Notes under the pieces: generated by a model | Database searches by the model: none | What the model was told of the DNA's origin: nothing | Seen by the model: the letters and a program-made list of their open reading frames with translations, nothing else | Made by a program: the position numbers and the translations under genes | DNA from: Methanobacteriota archaeon | GTDB taxonomy: Archaea > Hydrothermarchaeota > Hydrothermarchaeia > Hydrothermarchaeales > BMS3B | Reading direction: 5' to 3' | Length of the DNA: 36,111 nucleotides | Assembly: GCA_013152685.1 (NCBI GenBank) | Contig: JAADFX010000010.1 | Location: forward strand, 1-36,111 | Shown: positions 9,387 through 17,611 of the stretch, one piece after another | How positions within the stretch are numbered: position 1 is the first letter of the stretch | How the letters are laid out: the number at the start of each line of letters is the position of its first letter

Positions 9387-9417
9387 GGCAGGAGAATGGG
9401 GCAGGCAGGACAGAGAG

Positions 9418-9795
9418 GTGGTTGATGTGGCCAGGATAATGCTGGTGGATGATGAGCCGGAGATAAGGTACATAACCCGGAGGATGCTGGAGAGGGCGGG
9501 GCACAGCGTTGTGGAGGCGGGGGACGGGGAGGAGTGCCTCAGGAAGCTGAAAGAGGAGGAGGTGGACATTATTCTGCTTGATGTGATGATGCCCGGGATA
9601 AAGGGGTGGGAGGTGTGCCGCAGGATAAAGGCGGATGAGAGGACGCGGAGGATACCCGTGGTGATGTTTACTGTGAGAACCAGCGAGAGTGACGTGGAGG
9701 AGAGCAAGAAGTCGGGTGCGGATGCCCACATAAACAAGCCCTTCGACATGAAGGAGCTACTTGAGGTTATTGAGAGGGTGCTGGGCGATAGGTGA
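9418..9795 (+). CDS. Single-domain response regulator (CheY-like)
   Basis: LVDDE, LLDVMMPG phospho-Asp, VVMFT, NKPF. Confidence 0.93.
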   Translation: MVDVARIMLVDDEPEIRYITRRMLERAGHSVVEAGDGEECLRKLKEEEVDIILLDVMMPGIKGWEVCRRIKADERTRRIPVVMFTVRTSESDVEESKKSGADAHINKPFDMKELLEVIERVLGDR

Positions 9796-10287
9796 GCCCT
9801 CTGGGGTCTTCCAGCCCCTCACCACGGCGAAGTGCTCGTAGTAGTCCACCTCCACCCTCGCGAAGCGCTCAAACTCAGCCACGACCTCCTCTATGTCCAG
9901 CTCGTGCTCGCACCGGAAGTCGCGGAAGGCGAGGAGGGCGAGCTTTCCCCTGGGCTCGGCGGTAATCACCAGCCTCCTCGCAACGCGGAACATCTCTTTA
10001 ATCACGGCACGCCACTCCGGGATGTGCGCCAGCGCAGACCAGGTAGCGACAACGTCGAAGCTCCCGCTGCGGAAGGGGAGAAGGCGCGCGTCTCCAGCCA
10101 CAACCTCGCCTATTCTCGCAACCCTCGCCGCGTCTATGTCCAAGCAGACCACTCTGCCGCGAATCTTCCTGGCCAGGTACCCCGAGCCGGTGGCTACGTC
10201 GAGCACCCTGCCCGAGCAGAAGCTGGCGACTCTGCGCAGCACCCGCTCGCGGCTCTCAAGCTCTCCGAGAAGAGCAAGGAGGCTCAT
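9757..10287 (-). CDS. Class I SAM-dependent methyltransferase
   Basis: VLDVATGSG, CLDID, GDARLLPFRSGSFDVV. Start set at ATG 10287, where the GC-rich coding pattern begins about 24 nt after TTTAAA. The longer track ORF runs into the opposite-strand AT-rich gene. Confidence 0.85.
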   Translation of the reverse strand: MSLLALLGELESRERVLRRVASFCSGRVLDVATGSGYLARKIRGRVVCLDIDAARVARIGEVVAGDARLLPFRSGSFDVVATWSALAHIPEWRAVIKEMFRVARRLVITAEPRGKLALLAFRDFRCEHELDIEEVVAEFERFARVEVDYYEHFAVVRGWKTPEGSPIAQHPLNNLK

Positions 10288-10345
10288 GTCCTTAAAATTA
10301 GAATAATAAACTTTAAATAGAAGCACTCTAATTTTAGTTAGTGGG

Positions 10346-10768
10346 GTGTCTATTGTGAAAGAAATAAACCTTCCAAACGATACAAAGATAGTGGTGGCTG
10401 ACCATAAGGCTTGGTTACTGGAAAAAATTGTAAAAGATGAGGAAACAATAAAAATCATATTACAATGGTATAGCCAAAAACCTGAAAGAGAAAAAAGAGA
10501 TATATTGGCTGCCATTGGAGGTGCAATAGCAGGTTATGCGATTGACAAAAAGAGAATACGTGGAGCATCTATTGGTTCTACTATAGCAGTTGTGACCAGA
10601 ATGATTTATGACAGATTTGCAAAAGATGAAATCAAATTTACAGATGAACAGAAAAAATTGATTGAAAAATTAATAAACAGAAAACCAGGAGAGATAATTG
10701 AATTATCTGATGATGAATGCGATATTTTAATTGATTTGATCAAAAAAGTGCAAGATAAAAACAAATAG
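10346..10768 (+). CDS. AT-rich hypothetical protein with a glycine-zipper-like hydrophobic hairpin
   Basis: 140-aa ORF filling the low-GC patch; AAIGGAIAGYAI...GASIGSTIAVV; GTG 10355 after GGGGTG is an alternative start. Confidence 0.7.
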   Translation: MSIVKEINLPNDTKIVVADHKAWLLEKIVKDEETIKIILQWYSQKPEREKRDILAAIGGAIAGYAIDKKRIRGASIGSTIAVVTRMIYDRFAKDEIKFTDEQKKLIEKLINRKPGEIIELSDDECDILIDLIKKVQDKNK

Positions 10769-10851
10769 ATTCATGTATGGAATTAGAACTAATTGTTTCA
10801 TGCGAAGAGATAGATGTGACAAAGTCACCACTAGAAGGTGAGGGAGGGTTG

Positions 10852-10914
10852 GTAAGGGCGGGGTTGCCCGTCTCACGCAGTAGCGTGATAGGGTGACGAA
10901 GGCGGCGCCCTTAC
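10852..10914. other. Extended GC-rich stem-loop at the 3' end of the DUF59 gene
   Basis: GTAAGGGCG(10852-60)/CGCCCTTAC(10906-14); GCC-CGTC/GACG-AA-GGC; TCACGC-AGTA-GCGTGA. Confidence 0.55.
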
Positions 10915-11189
10915 TTGCAGAGCATCTCGTTGAGCTCCTTCTCCTGCACGTGCCCGGAGACGCGCACCTTGACCTTCGTGACCCCCTCCACCTTCTCCAG
11001 CTTCTCCTTGATCTGCATGCTTAGCTGCACACCAAGGGGGCAGAAGGGCGAGGAGGGCACAAAGGTCAGCGAGACCTCGCCGTCTTTCACCTCCAGGTCC
11101 TTTATAAGCCCCATGTCGTACACGCTTATGCCGGTGTGCGGGTCTATTATCTCCTTCAGCGCCTTTACCACAGCCTCTTTTTCCACCAT
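10911..11189 (-). CDS. DUF59/SufT-like (MIP18 family) Fe-S cluster assembly protein
   Basis: LKEIIDPHTGISVYDMGLI and SSPFCP motifs; AGGTGA RBS. Confidence 0.9.
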   Translation of the reverse strand: MVEKEAVVKALKEIIDPHTGISVYDMGLIKDLEVKDGEVSLTFVPSSPFCPLGVQLSMQIKEKLEKVEGVTKVKVRVSGHVQEKELNEMLCK

Positions 11190-11227
11190 GCTTTCACCTG
11201 CCTAAGCCTTGAGCCCTAACCTCTGAA

Positions 11228-12649
11228 CTATTTTCTCCACTTCCAGCGCGTGCCCTGGGGGGTATCTTCAACCACAACCCCGTGCCTCAAAAGCTCCTCC
11301 CTTATGCGGTCTGCGGTGGCGTAGTCCCTCCGCCTCCTCGCCTCCTCGCGCTCGCGTATCAGCCTGAGAAGCTCCTCTGGCAGCTCCCTTTTCTCCTCGC
11401 GGATTACGCCGAAGACGCGGTTGAAGTCGGCGAAGAATTGCCTGAGCGCTTCCACATCCGCGGCGCTCGCCCTGCTCGCACTTATCGCCCTGTTCGCCCT
11501 GCGCATGAGCTTAAAAACTGCCGCAAGGGCGCGGGGTGTGTCCAGGTCGTCGCAGAGGGCGGCTTCGAACTCCTCCCTTGCCTTCTCAACCTCCCTCGAA
11601 AGCTCAGTGGGCCCCTCTGCGCTGGCGGAGTAGCCCGCGAGGCGGGCAAGGAAGTCGTTGAGCCTCTCCACCGCCCGGGTGGCGTCTTCCAGGGCTTTAA
11701 AGGTGAAGTTGAGCTTCCTGCGGTAGTGCGTCGCCAGCAGCAGGTAGCGTATTGCAAGCGGGTCGTAGCCCCTCGCGAGGAGGTCCCTGAGCGTATAGAA
11801 GTTGCCGTAGCGCTTGCTCATTTTGCGCCCTTCCACGAGCAGGTGCTCATTGTGCACCCAGTAGCGCACAAAGGTCTTGCCCGTCGCCGCCTCGCTCTGG
11901 GCAATCTCATTCTCGTGGTGGGGGAAGATCAGGTCCACTCCCCCTGCGTGTATATCCAGGGTCTCGCCCAGGTAGCGCATGCTCATGGCGCTGCACTCAA
12001 TGTGCCACCCCGGCCTGCCTTTACCGAGGGGCGTGTCCCAGTAGACGTCGCCGTCCTCCTCGCTCCACGCCTTCCACAGCGCAAAGTCGCGCGCCTCCTC
12101 CTTCGCATACTCATCCTGCCTCACGCGTGCGCCCGCCTTCAGCCCCTCCAGCTTCAGCCTGGAGAGCTTCCCGTATTCTTTGAACTTTGAGATGTCGAAG
12201 TACACGCTTCCATCTTCGCCGCGGTAGGCGTAGCCCTTCTCCATGAGTTTCTGAATCAGCGCCACCATCTCCGGGATGTGCTCTGTGGCGCGGGGGTAGT
12301 ACTCCGCCCTCTCTATGTTCAGCTTCTCCAGGTCCTCGAAGAAGGCGCGCTCGTAGCGCCGCGTGTACTCGCGCAGGCTTATCCCAGCGTCGCGGCTCCG
12401 CTTTATGGTCTTGTCGTCCACATCGGTTATGTTCATCACCTGAAGCACGCGGTAGCCCAGGTACTCCAAAAACCTGCGCAGCAGGTCCTCAAAAACATAC
12501 GCGCGGAAGTTGCCTATGTGGGCGTAGTCGTAAACCGTCGGACCGCAGGTGTACATCCTCACCTCGCCCTCGCGCAGGGGCACAAAGCGCTCTTTCCTGC
12601 GCGTCATGGTGTTGTAGAGCCTGAGAGGCGGCTTTTCTGGCATAACCAT
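11228..12649 (-). CDS. cysS: Cysteinyl-tRNA synthetase (class I)
   Basis: MYTCGPTVY, HIGN, NITDVDDK, DFALWK, GRPGWHIECS, FPHHENE, KMSK; start at 12649 or 12643 after AGGT. Confidence 0.97.
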   Translation of the reverse strand: MVMPEKPPLRLYNTMTRRKERFVPLREGEVRMYTCGPTVYDYAHIGNFRAYVFEDLLRRFLEYLGYRVLQVMNITDVDDKTIKRSRDAGISLREYTRRYERAFFEDLEKLNIERAEYYPRATEHIPEMVALIQKLMEKGYAYRGEDGSVYFDISKFKEYGKLSRLKLEGLKAGARVRQDEYAKEEARDFALWKAWSEEDGDVYWDTPLGKGRPGWHIECSAMSMRYLGETLDIHAGGVDLIFPHHENEIAQSEAATGKTFVRYWVHNEHLLVEGRKMSKRYGNFYTLRDLLARGYDPLAIRYLLLATHYRRKLNFTFKALEDATRAVERLNDFLARLAGYSASAEGPTELSREVEKAREEFEAALCDDLDTPRALAAVFKLMRRANRAISASRASAADVEALRQFFADFNRVFGVIREEKRELPEELLRLIREREEARRRRDYATADRIREELLRHGVVVEDTPQGTRWKWRK

Positions 12650-12755
12650 TACCTGTTTAATAACAACTAAAAGGAGATGCTGCACTTCGCGCTCCTGTTC
12701 AGCGGCATAGCCAGGTAAAACTATATATAAGCTCCCCCGGGAAATTTAGGTTATC

Positions 12756-13352
12756 ATGAAGAAGAAGGTGACGATTATCGGCGAAGTCCACGACGTCGGC
12801 TACCGCCCCTTCCTCCTGGGCCTGGCTGAGAGCCTGGAAGTTGAGCGCTTTTTTGCCGACAACACCTACGTCAGCAGCAGGCAGGCGGTTTATGCTCTGG
12901 TTGACTCTTCCGAGGAGAAGGTGAACGCTTTTATCGAAATCGCTTCCTCGAAGTTCCCCGAGAACAGCCGTGTCGAGAGGGTGGAGGTTGAGGACTACGC
13001 CGGCAGTGTTATGAAGACTGAGAACTACTACCGCTACCTCACCGCAGCGCAGCTGGGCAAAATCGCCACCTACGGCGGGAAGATGCTTAAAAAGCAGGGG
13101 GAAATGCTTGAAAAACAGGATAAAATGCTCAAAAAGCAGGGTGAGATGCTCAGCAAGCAGGATAAAATGCTGGGTAAAATGGATGAAATGCTAAGCAAGC
13201 AGGATGAAACCATCCGCGCGATTAGAGAGGAGGGGGAAAGGAATAGGGAAGCCCTCAAAGACCACCTCGCAGAGGATATAGCGAGAATATACGAGGAGAT
13301 AGACGAAATAAAGGCGACCCTTGCAAGAGTTCTTGAGAAGGTTGGAGCGTAG
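12756..13352 (+). CDS. Acylphosphatase-domain protein with C-terminal heptad coiled coil
   Basis: IIGEVHDVGYR (variant of GxVQGVGFR) with a downstream DN; TATATAA upstream. Confidence 0.8.
   Translation: MKKKVTIIGEVHDVGYRPFLLGLAESLEVERFFADNTYVSSRQAVYALVDSSEEKVNAFIEIASSKFPENSRVERVEVEDYAGSVMKTENYYRYLTAAQLGKIATYGGKMLKKQGEMLEKQDKMLKKQGEMLSKQDKMLGKMDEMLSKQDETIRAIREEGERNREALKDHLAEDIARIYEEIDEIKATLARVLEKVGA
13080..13205 (+). repeat. Six degenerate in-frame 21-bp tandem repeats
   Basis: Encode KMLKKQG-EMLEKQD-KMLKKQG-EMLSKQD-KMLGKMD-EMLSKQD. Confidence 0.9.
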
Positions 13353-13374
13353 CCATCACAAAAATCTTTGCAAT

Positions 13375-13405
13375 GTTAGTATTCTAACCACGGGTTAAAA
13401 TAACC
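13375..13405. promoter_or_regulatory. Twin palindromes upstream of the small ORF
   Basis: GTTAG-TATT-CTAAC (13375-88) and GGTTA-AAA-TAACC (13393-405), followed by the GAGGTGA RBS. Confidence 0.5.
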
Positions 13406-13418
13406 TGAGGTGAGGATA

Positions 13419-13544
13419 ATGGGAATGTGCGCCGGCAACTGCGGGACCCACGCCCACGCTGCGGCGGAGGAGGGCGTGCAGCTCTACGACCCCCGCAGGG
13501 TGAGGAAGCTCACAGAGGACGACCTCCTCAGGACCTACTGGTGA
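13419..13544 (+). CDS. 41-aa Cys/His-rich small protein (not in ORF track)
   Basis: MGMCAGNCGTHAHAAAEEGVQLYDPRRVRKLTEDDLLRTYW*; strong GAGGTGA RBS 5 nt upstream; almost all codons end in G/C; fills the gap before the fae-hps stop. Confidence 0.75.
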   Translation: MGMCAGNCGTHAHAAAEEGVQLYDPRRVRKLTEDDLLRTYW

Positions 13545-13559
13545 GTCTCTAACCTCTTT

Positions 13560-14756
13560 TTAGAAGTCGGTCATTATTCTGAACTGGTCCACCTCTGTGA
13601 CGCCCATCTCCTTCAGGAAGGCCCTCGCGGCGCCGGTGACATCCTTCGCGGCGGTAATCGCCCTGCCCACCACCAGGATGTCTGCCCCCGCCTTCAGCGC
13701 CTCCTGCACGCGGTCGACGCGTATCCCGCCGGCAACCGCGACGAGGGTCTTGCCGCCGCACACGCGCTTAATCTCGGCGATGTTGCCCCACTCGCTCTCC
13801 TGCGTCTGCTCCACGTCTATGGCGCGGTGGAGTTCCACGATGTCCGGCTTGACCTTCAGCTTCTTCAGCACCGCTACCGGGTCGGGGACGTTCAGCGTGT
13901 CCATCAGCGAGAGTGCGCCCACCTTCCTGCACTCCTCGATGAACTTCTCCATGGTCTTGAGCGGGGCTAAGCCTGAGAAGCCTATTACGTCTGCGGTGGC
14001 GTCGCCCGCCATTCTTGCCTCGAGGTTGCCGGTGTCCAGGGTTTTGAGGTCCGCCACCACCACCGTCTCCGGGCGGAGCTGGTGGATCTTCTGCACCACC
14101 TCCACGCCGTAGCGCTTTATCAGGGGTGTGCCCGCTTCAATGATAATTGCGTCGCTCCTGGGCAGTGCCCTGATAATCCCTTCCACCCTGCGCCAGTCGG
14201 GTATGTCCAGCGCCACCTCCAGGTAGGGCGGGTGCTTCAGGTTGTTTATTCTGAATCCTATCATGGCATGCATAGACTTATCCTTCTCCTCTAAAACTTT
14301 ATCTATACACGGGAACTTCGCCATCGCCCTGCGCAGCGCCAGCTTCGCCGCGGCGTAGTTGTAGCGGTAGATGCGCTGGTAGTCTCTTCCGCGGGGGTGT
14401 ATGAACACCGAGGCTATGACCACGAGCTCCTCCGCCCTCTCCTTCGGGATTATGCCCTCCTCCACGGCGTCTGCCACCGCCTTGGCCACGGCGCTCTGCG
14501 CCGGGCCGAACATCTTCTCCGCGTCCTCCAGGTTTCTTATCGTCACCTTGGGCACTATAAGCGTCGCCGGCTTCGCCGGGAGGTTGGGGCGGATTACCCC
14601 GAGAATGGGTGTGTGCCCCGCCCTGGGCTGGGCGAGGGAGCTGGCGAAGGCCACTCCAGCGGCGCCGCTCTTCTTCCCCACAATCAGGTCTATGTGGGCT
14701 ATCTCGGGCTCCTCTCCAACCAGAGCCTCTCCAACGAAGAAGTCCTCATCAGTCAT
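13560..14756 (-). CDS. fae-hps: Bifunctional formaldehyde-activating enzyme / 3-hexulose-6-phosphate synthase
   Basis: Fae domain ([38 protein letters not shown]) plus HPS domain ([37 protein letters not shown]). Confidence 0.95.
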   Translation of the reverse strand: MTDEDFFVGEALVGEEPEIAHIDLIVGKKSGAAGVAFASSLAQPRAGHTPILGVIRPNLPAKPATLIVPKVTIRNLEDAEKMFGPAQSAVAKAVADAVEEGIIPKERAEELVVIASVFIHPRGRDYQRIYRYNYAAAKLALRRAMAKFPCIDKVLEEKDKSMHAMIGFRINNLKHPPYLEVALDIPDWRRVEGIIRALPRSDAIIIEAGTPLIKRYGVEVVQKIHQLRPETVVVADLKTLDTGNLEARMAGDATADVIGFSGLAPLKTMEKFIEECRKVGALSLMDTLNVPDPVAVLKKLKVKPDIVELHRAIDVEQTQESEWGNIAEIKRVCGGKTLVAVAGGIRVDRVQEALKAGADILVVGRAITAAKDVTGAARAFLKEMGVTEVDQFRIMTDF

Positions 14757-15033
14757 AGTGGTCTATCCTGTACTCGTATCCCATCGCCTGGGCGAACTCC
14801 ACAAGCTCGCTCCTCTCGTGCCATATCCTTATGTGGATGAACCCCCGCCTGTCGTCCAGGCCCATAATCTCCCTGGCGAAGGTGGGGAAGTCCGGCGGGA
14901 GGGGACGGTCGTTCCTCAGGAGGTAGTCCAGGTAGTCCTTGAGGAAGGTGATCCTGCCCTCCTTTCCCTTCTCCTTCAGCTTCACCTTGAGCTTCTTGTG
15001 GAATACGCTCTCCTCTTCACAGCAGCAGCTCAA
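14749..15033 (-). CDS. Hypothetical protein with N-terminal CCC, overlapping the fae-hps start
   Basis: TTG 15033 after a GGTGA RBS gives [11 protein letters not shown]...; host-like codons; 8-bp overlap with fae-hps. Confidence 0.7.
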   Translation of the reverse strand: MSCCCEEESVFHKKLKVKLKEKGKEGRITFLKDYLDYLLRNDRPLPPDFPTFAREIMGLDDRRGFIHIRIWHERSELVEFAQAMGYEYRIDHYD

Positions 15034-15230
15034 CCCGATCACCAGAATTCAACAGTTGCGGCGGGTGTATTTAATACTTTCCATGTGCTATTGCCAACTT
15101 GGTGATAATCGCTCGCGCATATTATCTTTGGGTGTACAATTTCAACAAGCTGGAGATAGTATTTTTAATGTACAAACACGAAAATTTAAATATTAGGGAT
15201 ATGGTAACTGTATTGGGGGTAAATATAACG

Positions 15231-15773
15231 ATGATGGAACAAGATTTCCAATATTTTCTAAAAAGTTTAATTAAAGCGGCAGAAAATATGGAACCACATT
15301 ATTTTCAATTACCTGTTGCAGGAGGCGATGAGCCGGAGTATAGAGAACGTGTTTACTGTTATGAACTTTACCATCAACTTCGCTGCATTTTAGGAAATGA
15401 TTTTCAATCTAAATATAAGTTGAACGGCGAGGTTGATAAAAAAGGGCATCCAATTATTAGGAAAGCCAAGAAACCAGATTTTATCGTTCACGCTCCAGGA
15501 GATATGAATAATCTTGTGGTAATTGAAGTAAAATCAATAAAAGTAGAAAAGAGAATAAATGAATTGAGAAAAGATTTAGAAACTCTAGAGTACTTTTTGA
15601 ATGAGGCGGAGTATTATAGAGGTGTGATGTTAATATATGGCAGCGTTAATGGAGAATTACCAGAAAATATTAAGCGGAAGATTGCAAACATTGATGACCC
15701 AAGAATAATGGTTTTGTGGCACTCCGAACCAAATAACATAAAGATATATCATAGGCATCTAAGGCGCATCTAA
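15231..15773 (+). CDS. AT-rich PD-(D/E)XK nuclease-superfamily protein
   Basis: ERVYCYELYHQL helix, KPDFIVH and VIEVK; ATG 15231/15234 after GGGGGT; low GC relative to neighbours. Confidence 0.7.
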   Translation: MMEQDFQYFLKSLIKAAENMEPHYFQLPVAGGDEPEYRERVYCYELYHQLRCILGNDFQSKYKLNGEVDKKGHPIIRKAKKPDFIVHAPGDMNNLVVIEVKSIKVEKRINELRKDLETLEYFLNEAEYYRGVMLIYGSVNGELPENIKRKIANIDDPRIMVLWHSEPNNIKIYHRHLRRI

Positions 15774-15808
15774 GTAGTGATGAATAAATAGATACCAGTT
15801 GGTGACTT

Positions 15809-17584
15809 CTACAGGTAGTAGTACTCCCCCCTCGCCTTCTGCTCCCTGTCCTTAACGCTTCCGGGCTTGTTGGCGCGGGGTCTCCCCGTTTCGGGGTCCC
15901 TGCGGAAGGTTATGTCCATGTTGCGCAGGAAGGTGTTCATGGCGGTGCGCATCTCCAGGGGTGGTGTGGCCCTGCCCCTTGTCCCGGGCTCGCCTGCGAA
16001 CACCATCGCCCTGTCGGAGATGTAGTCTATGAAGAGGATGTCGTGGTCCACCACTATCGCGAGAGCCTCGCGCTTCTCCATGACGCGGCGTATCAGCTTT
16101 GCCACGCGGAGGCGCTGCTCCACGTCCAGGTAGGCGCTGGGCTCGTCCAGCAGGTACACCTCCGCCTCCCTAGCCAGGCACAGCGCTATTGCCACGCGCT
16201 GCAGCTCGCCCCCGCTCAGCTCCCTAACGCTCAGGTCGTAGAGGGGCTTCAGCGCCAGAGGCCTGGCGATCTCGTTCTCAAAGAAGGCGTCCCCCGGCGG
16301 GGCCACCTTTGCAATGGCCTCGAGCACCGTGCCTTGGAACTCGGGCTTGATGTACTGGGGCTTGTACGCCACCCTCGCGGAGGTGCTCACCTCCCCCGCG
16401 TCCGGCTCAATCACGCCCGCGAGCATCTTCACGAAGGTGGTCTTTCCGGTGGCGTTGGGCCCCAGGACGCCCACCACCTCGCCCCTGTAAAACTCGCCTC
16501 CCTCCACCTCAAGCTCAAAGCCGTCGTAGCTCTTCCTGAGCCTCGAGAAGCTCAGCAGCAGGTTCTCCTCCCTTGCAACCACCGGCGGGCGGACCTCAAA
16601 CCTCACCGGCTCGCTCCTTATCCTGACGTTCTCCTCCCGCAGGTAGCCGTTGAGGTAGGCGTTTATCCCCTGGCGCACACTGCGCGGATGGGAGACTATT
16701 CCGTAGGCTCCCGCCCTGCCGTAGAGCACGTGCACATAGTCGGCGAGGTAGTCGAGAACAACCAGGTCGTGCTCCACCAGGATTACGCGCTTCTCCCGCG
16801 CCAGCTCGCGAATCACCCTGCCCACCCTCAGGCGCTGGGCAACGTCCAGGTAGCTGGAGGGCTCGTCGAAGATGTACACGTCGCCCTCCCGCAACAGCGC
16901 CGCCGCTATCGCCACGCGCTGCAGCTCGCCCCCGCTGAGCTGGGAGAGCTCCCTCTCCAGCGCATGCTCCAGCTCCAGCTTCTCCACAAGCTCGCGCATC
17001 CTGCCCCGCTCATCTATGCCCGAGAGCAGCTCCCGCACCTCCCCCTGGACAACCTTGGGCAGGGCGTCCACGTACTGGGGCTTGTGCACCGCCCTGAGTT
17101 CGCCCGCGTAGAGCGCCCTGAAGTACTCGTAGAGCTGCGTGCCGGCGAACTGCTCCAGCACGCGCTCCTTCTCACCCTCGCCGGAGCCGAAGTTGGGCAC
17201 CAGCTCGCCCGCGAGAATCTTCAGCACAGTGGTCTTGCCCATGCCGTTCTCGCCGATCAAACCCGTGACCGCGCCCTCCTTGGGGTAGGGCAGCCTGAAG
17301 ATGCGGAAGCCGTTCTCGCCGTACTGGTGCACCTTCTCGCTGTCCAGCTCGTCGGGGAGGTTGACTATTGTCAGCGCCTCGAAGGGGCACTTCTTTACGC
17401 AGATTCCGCAGCCGGTGCAGAGGAGCTCTGAGATCACCGGCTTGCCCCTGGCATCATCCATCACCACCGTCTCATCGCCCATGCGCACGCCGGGGCAGAA
17501 CTTTATGCACTCCAGAGAGCACTTCTTCGGCTGGCAGCGGGAGTGGTCGATTACGGCGATCCTCAAGCGCTCACCCGTGCTCAA
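15809..17584 (-). CDS. rli: Ribosome recycling ATPase ABCE1/Rli1
   Basis: N-terminal 2x[4Fe-4S] domain (CQPKKCSLEC..CP; CTGCGICVKKCP), two NBDs (GENGMGKT, GPNATGKT, LSGGELQ twice), C-terminal FRRDPETGRPRANK. Confidence 0.97.
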   Translation of the reverse strand: MSTGERLRIAVIDHSRCQPKKCSLECIKFCPGVRMGDETVVMDDARGKPVISELLCTGCGICVKKCPFEALTIVNLPDELDSEKVHQYGENGFRIFRLPYPKEGAVTGLIGENGMGKTTVLKILAGELVPNFGSGEGEKERVLEQFAGTQLYEYFRALYAGELRAVHKPQYVDALPKVVQGEVRELLSGIDERGRMRELVEKLELEHALERELSQLSGGELQRVAIAAALLREGDVYIFDEPSSYLDVAQRLRVGRVIRELAREKRVILVEHDLVVLDYLADYVHVLYGRAGAYGIVSHPRSVRQGINAYLNGYLREENVRIRSEPVRFEVRPPVVAREENLLLSFSRLRKSYDGFELEVEGGEFYRGEVVGVLGPNATGKTTFVKMLAGVIEPDAGEVSTSARVAYKPQYIKPEFQGTVLEAIAKVAPPGDAFFENEIARPLALKPLYDLSVRELSGGELQRVAIALCLAREAEVYLLDEPSAYLDVEQRLRVAKLIRRVMEKREALAIVVDHDILFIDYISDRAMVFAGEPGTRGRATPPLEMRTAMNTFLRNMDITFRRDPETGRPRANKPGSVKDREQKARGEYYYL

Positions 17585-17611
17585 CCCGCGGAACCACGTG
17601 TAAAAATATTT

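Noticed and set aside
10852-10914. Hairpin as an archaeal SECIS element
   Set aside because: The GAA is on the wrong arm and strand, and neighbouring genes have no in-frame UGA at a Cys position.
12677-12718. Plus-strand mini-ORF MLHFALLFSGIAR after AAGGAG
   Set aside because: The RBS-like sequence abuts the ATG with no spacing and there is no upstream promoter evidence.
13080-13205. Tandem repeats as a CRISPR array
   Set aside because: No spacers; degenerate in-frame 21-mers encoding heptads; no cas genes.
10822-15808. 9-bp inverted match AAGTCACCA (10822) / TGGTGACTT (15800) at the 3' ends of both AT-rich genes
   Set aside because: Too short to exceed chance convincingly; no recombinase, no target duplication, and housekeeping genes lie between.
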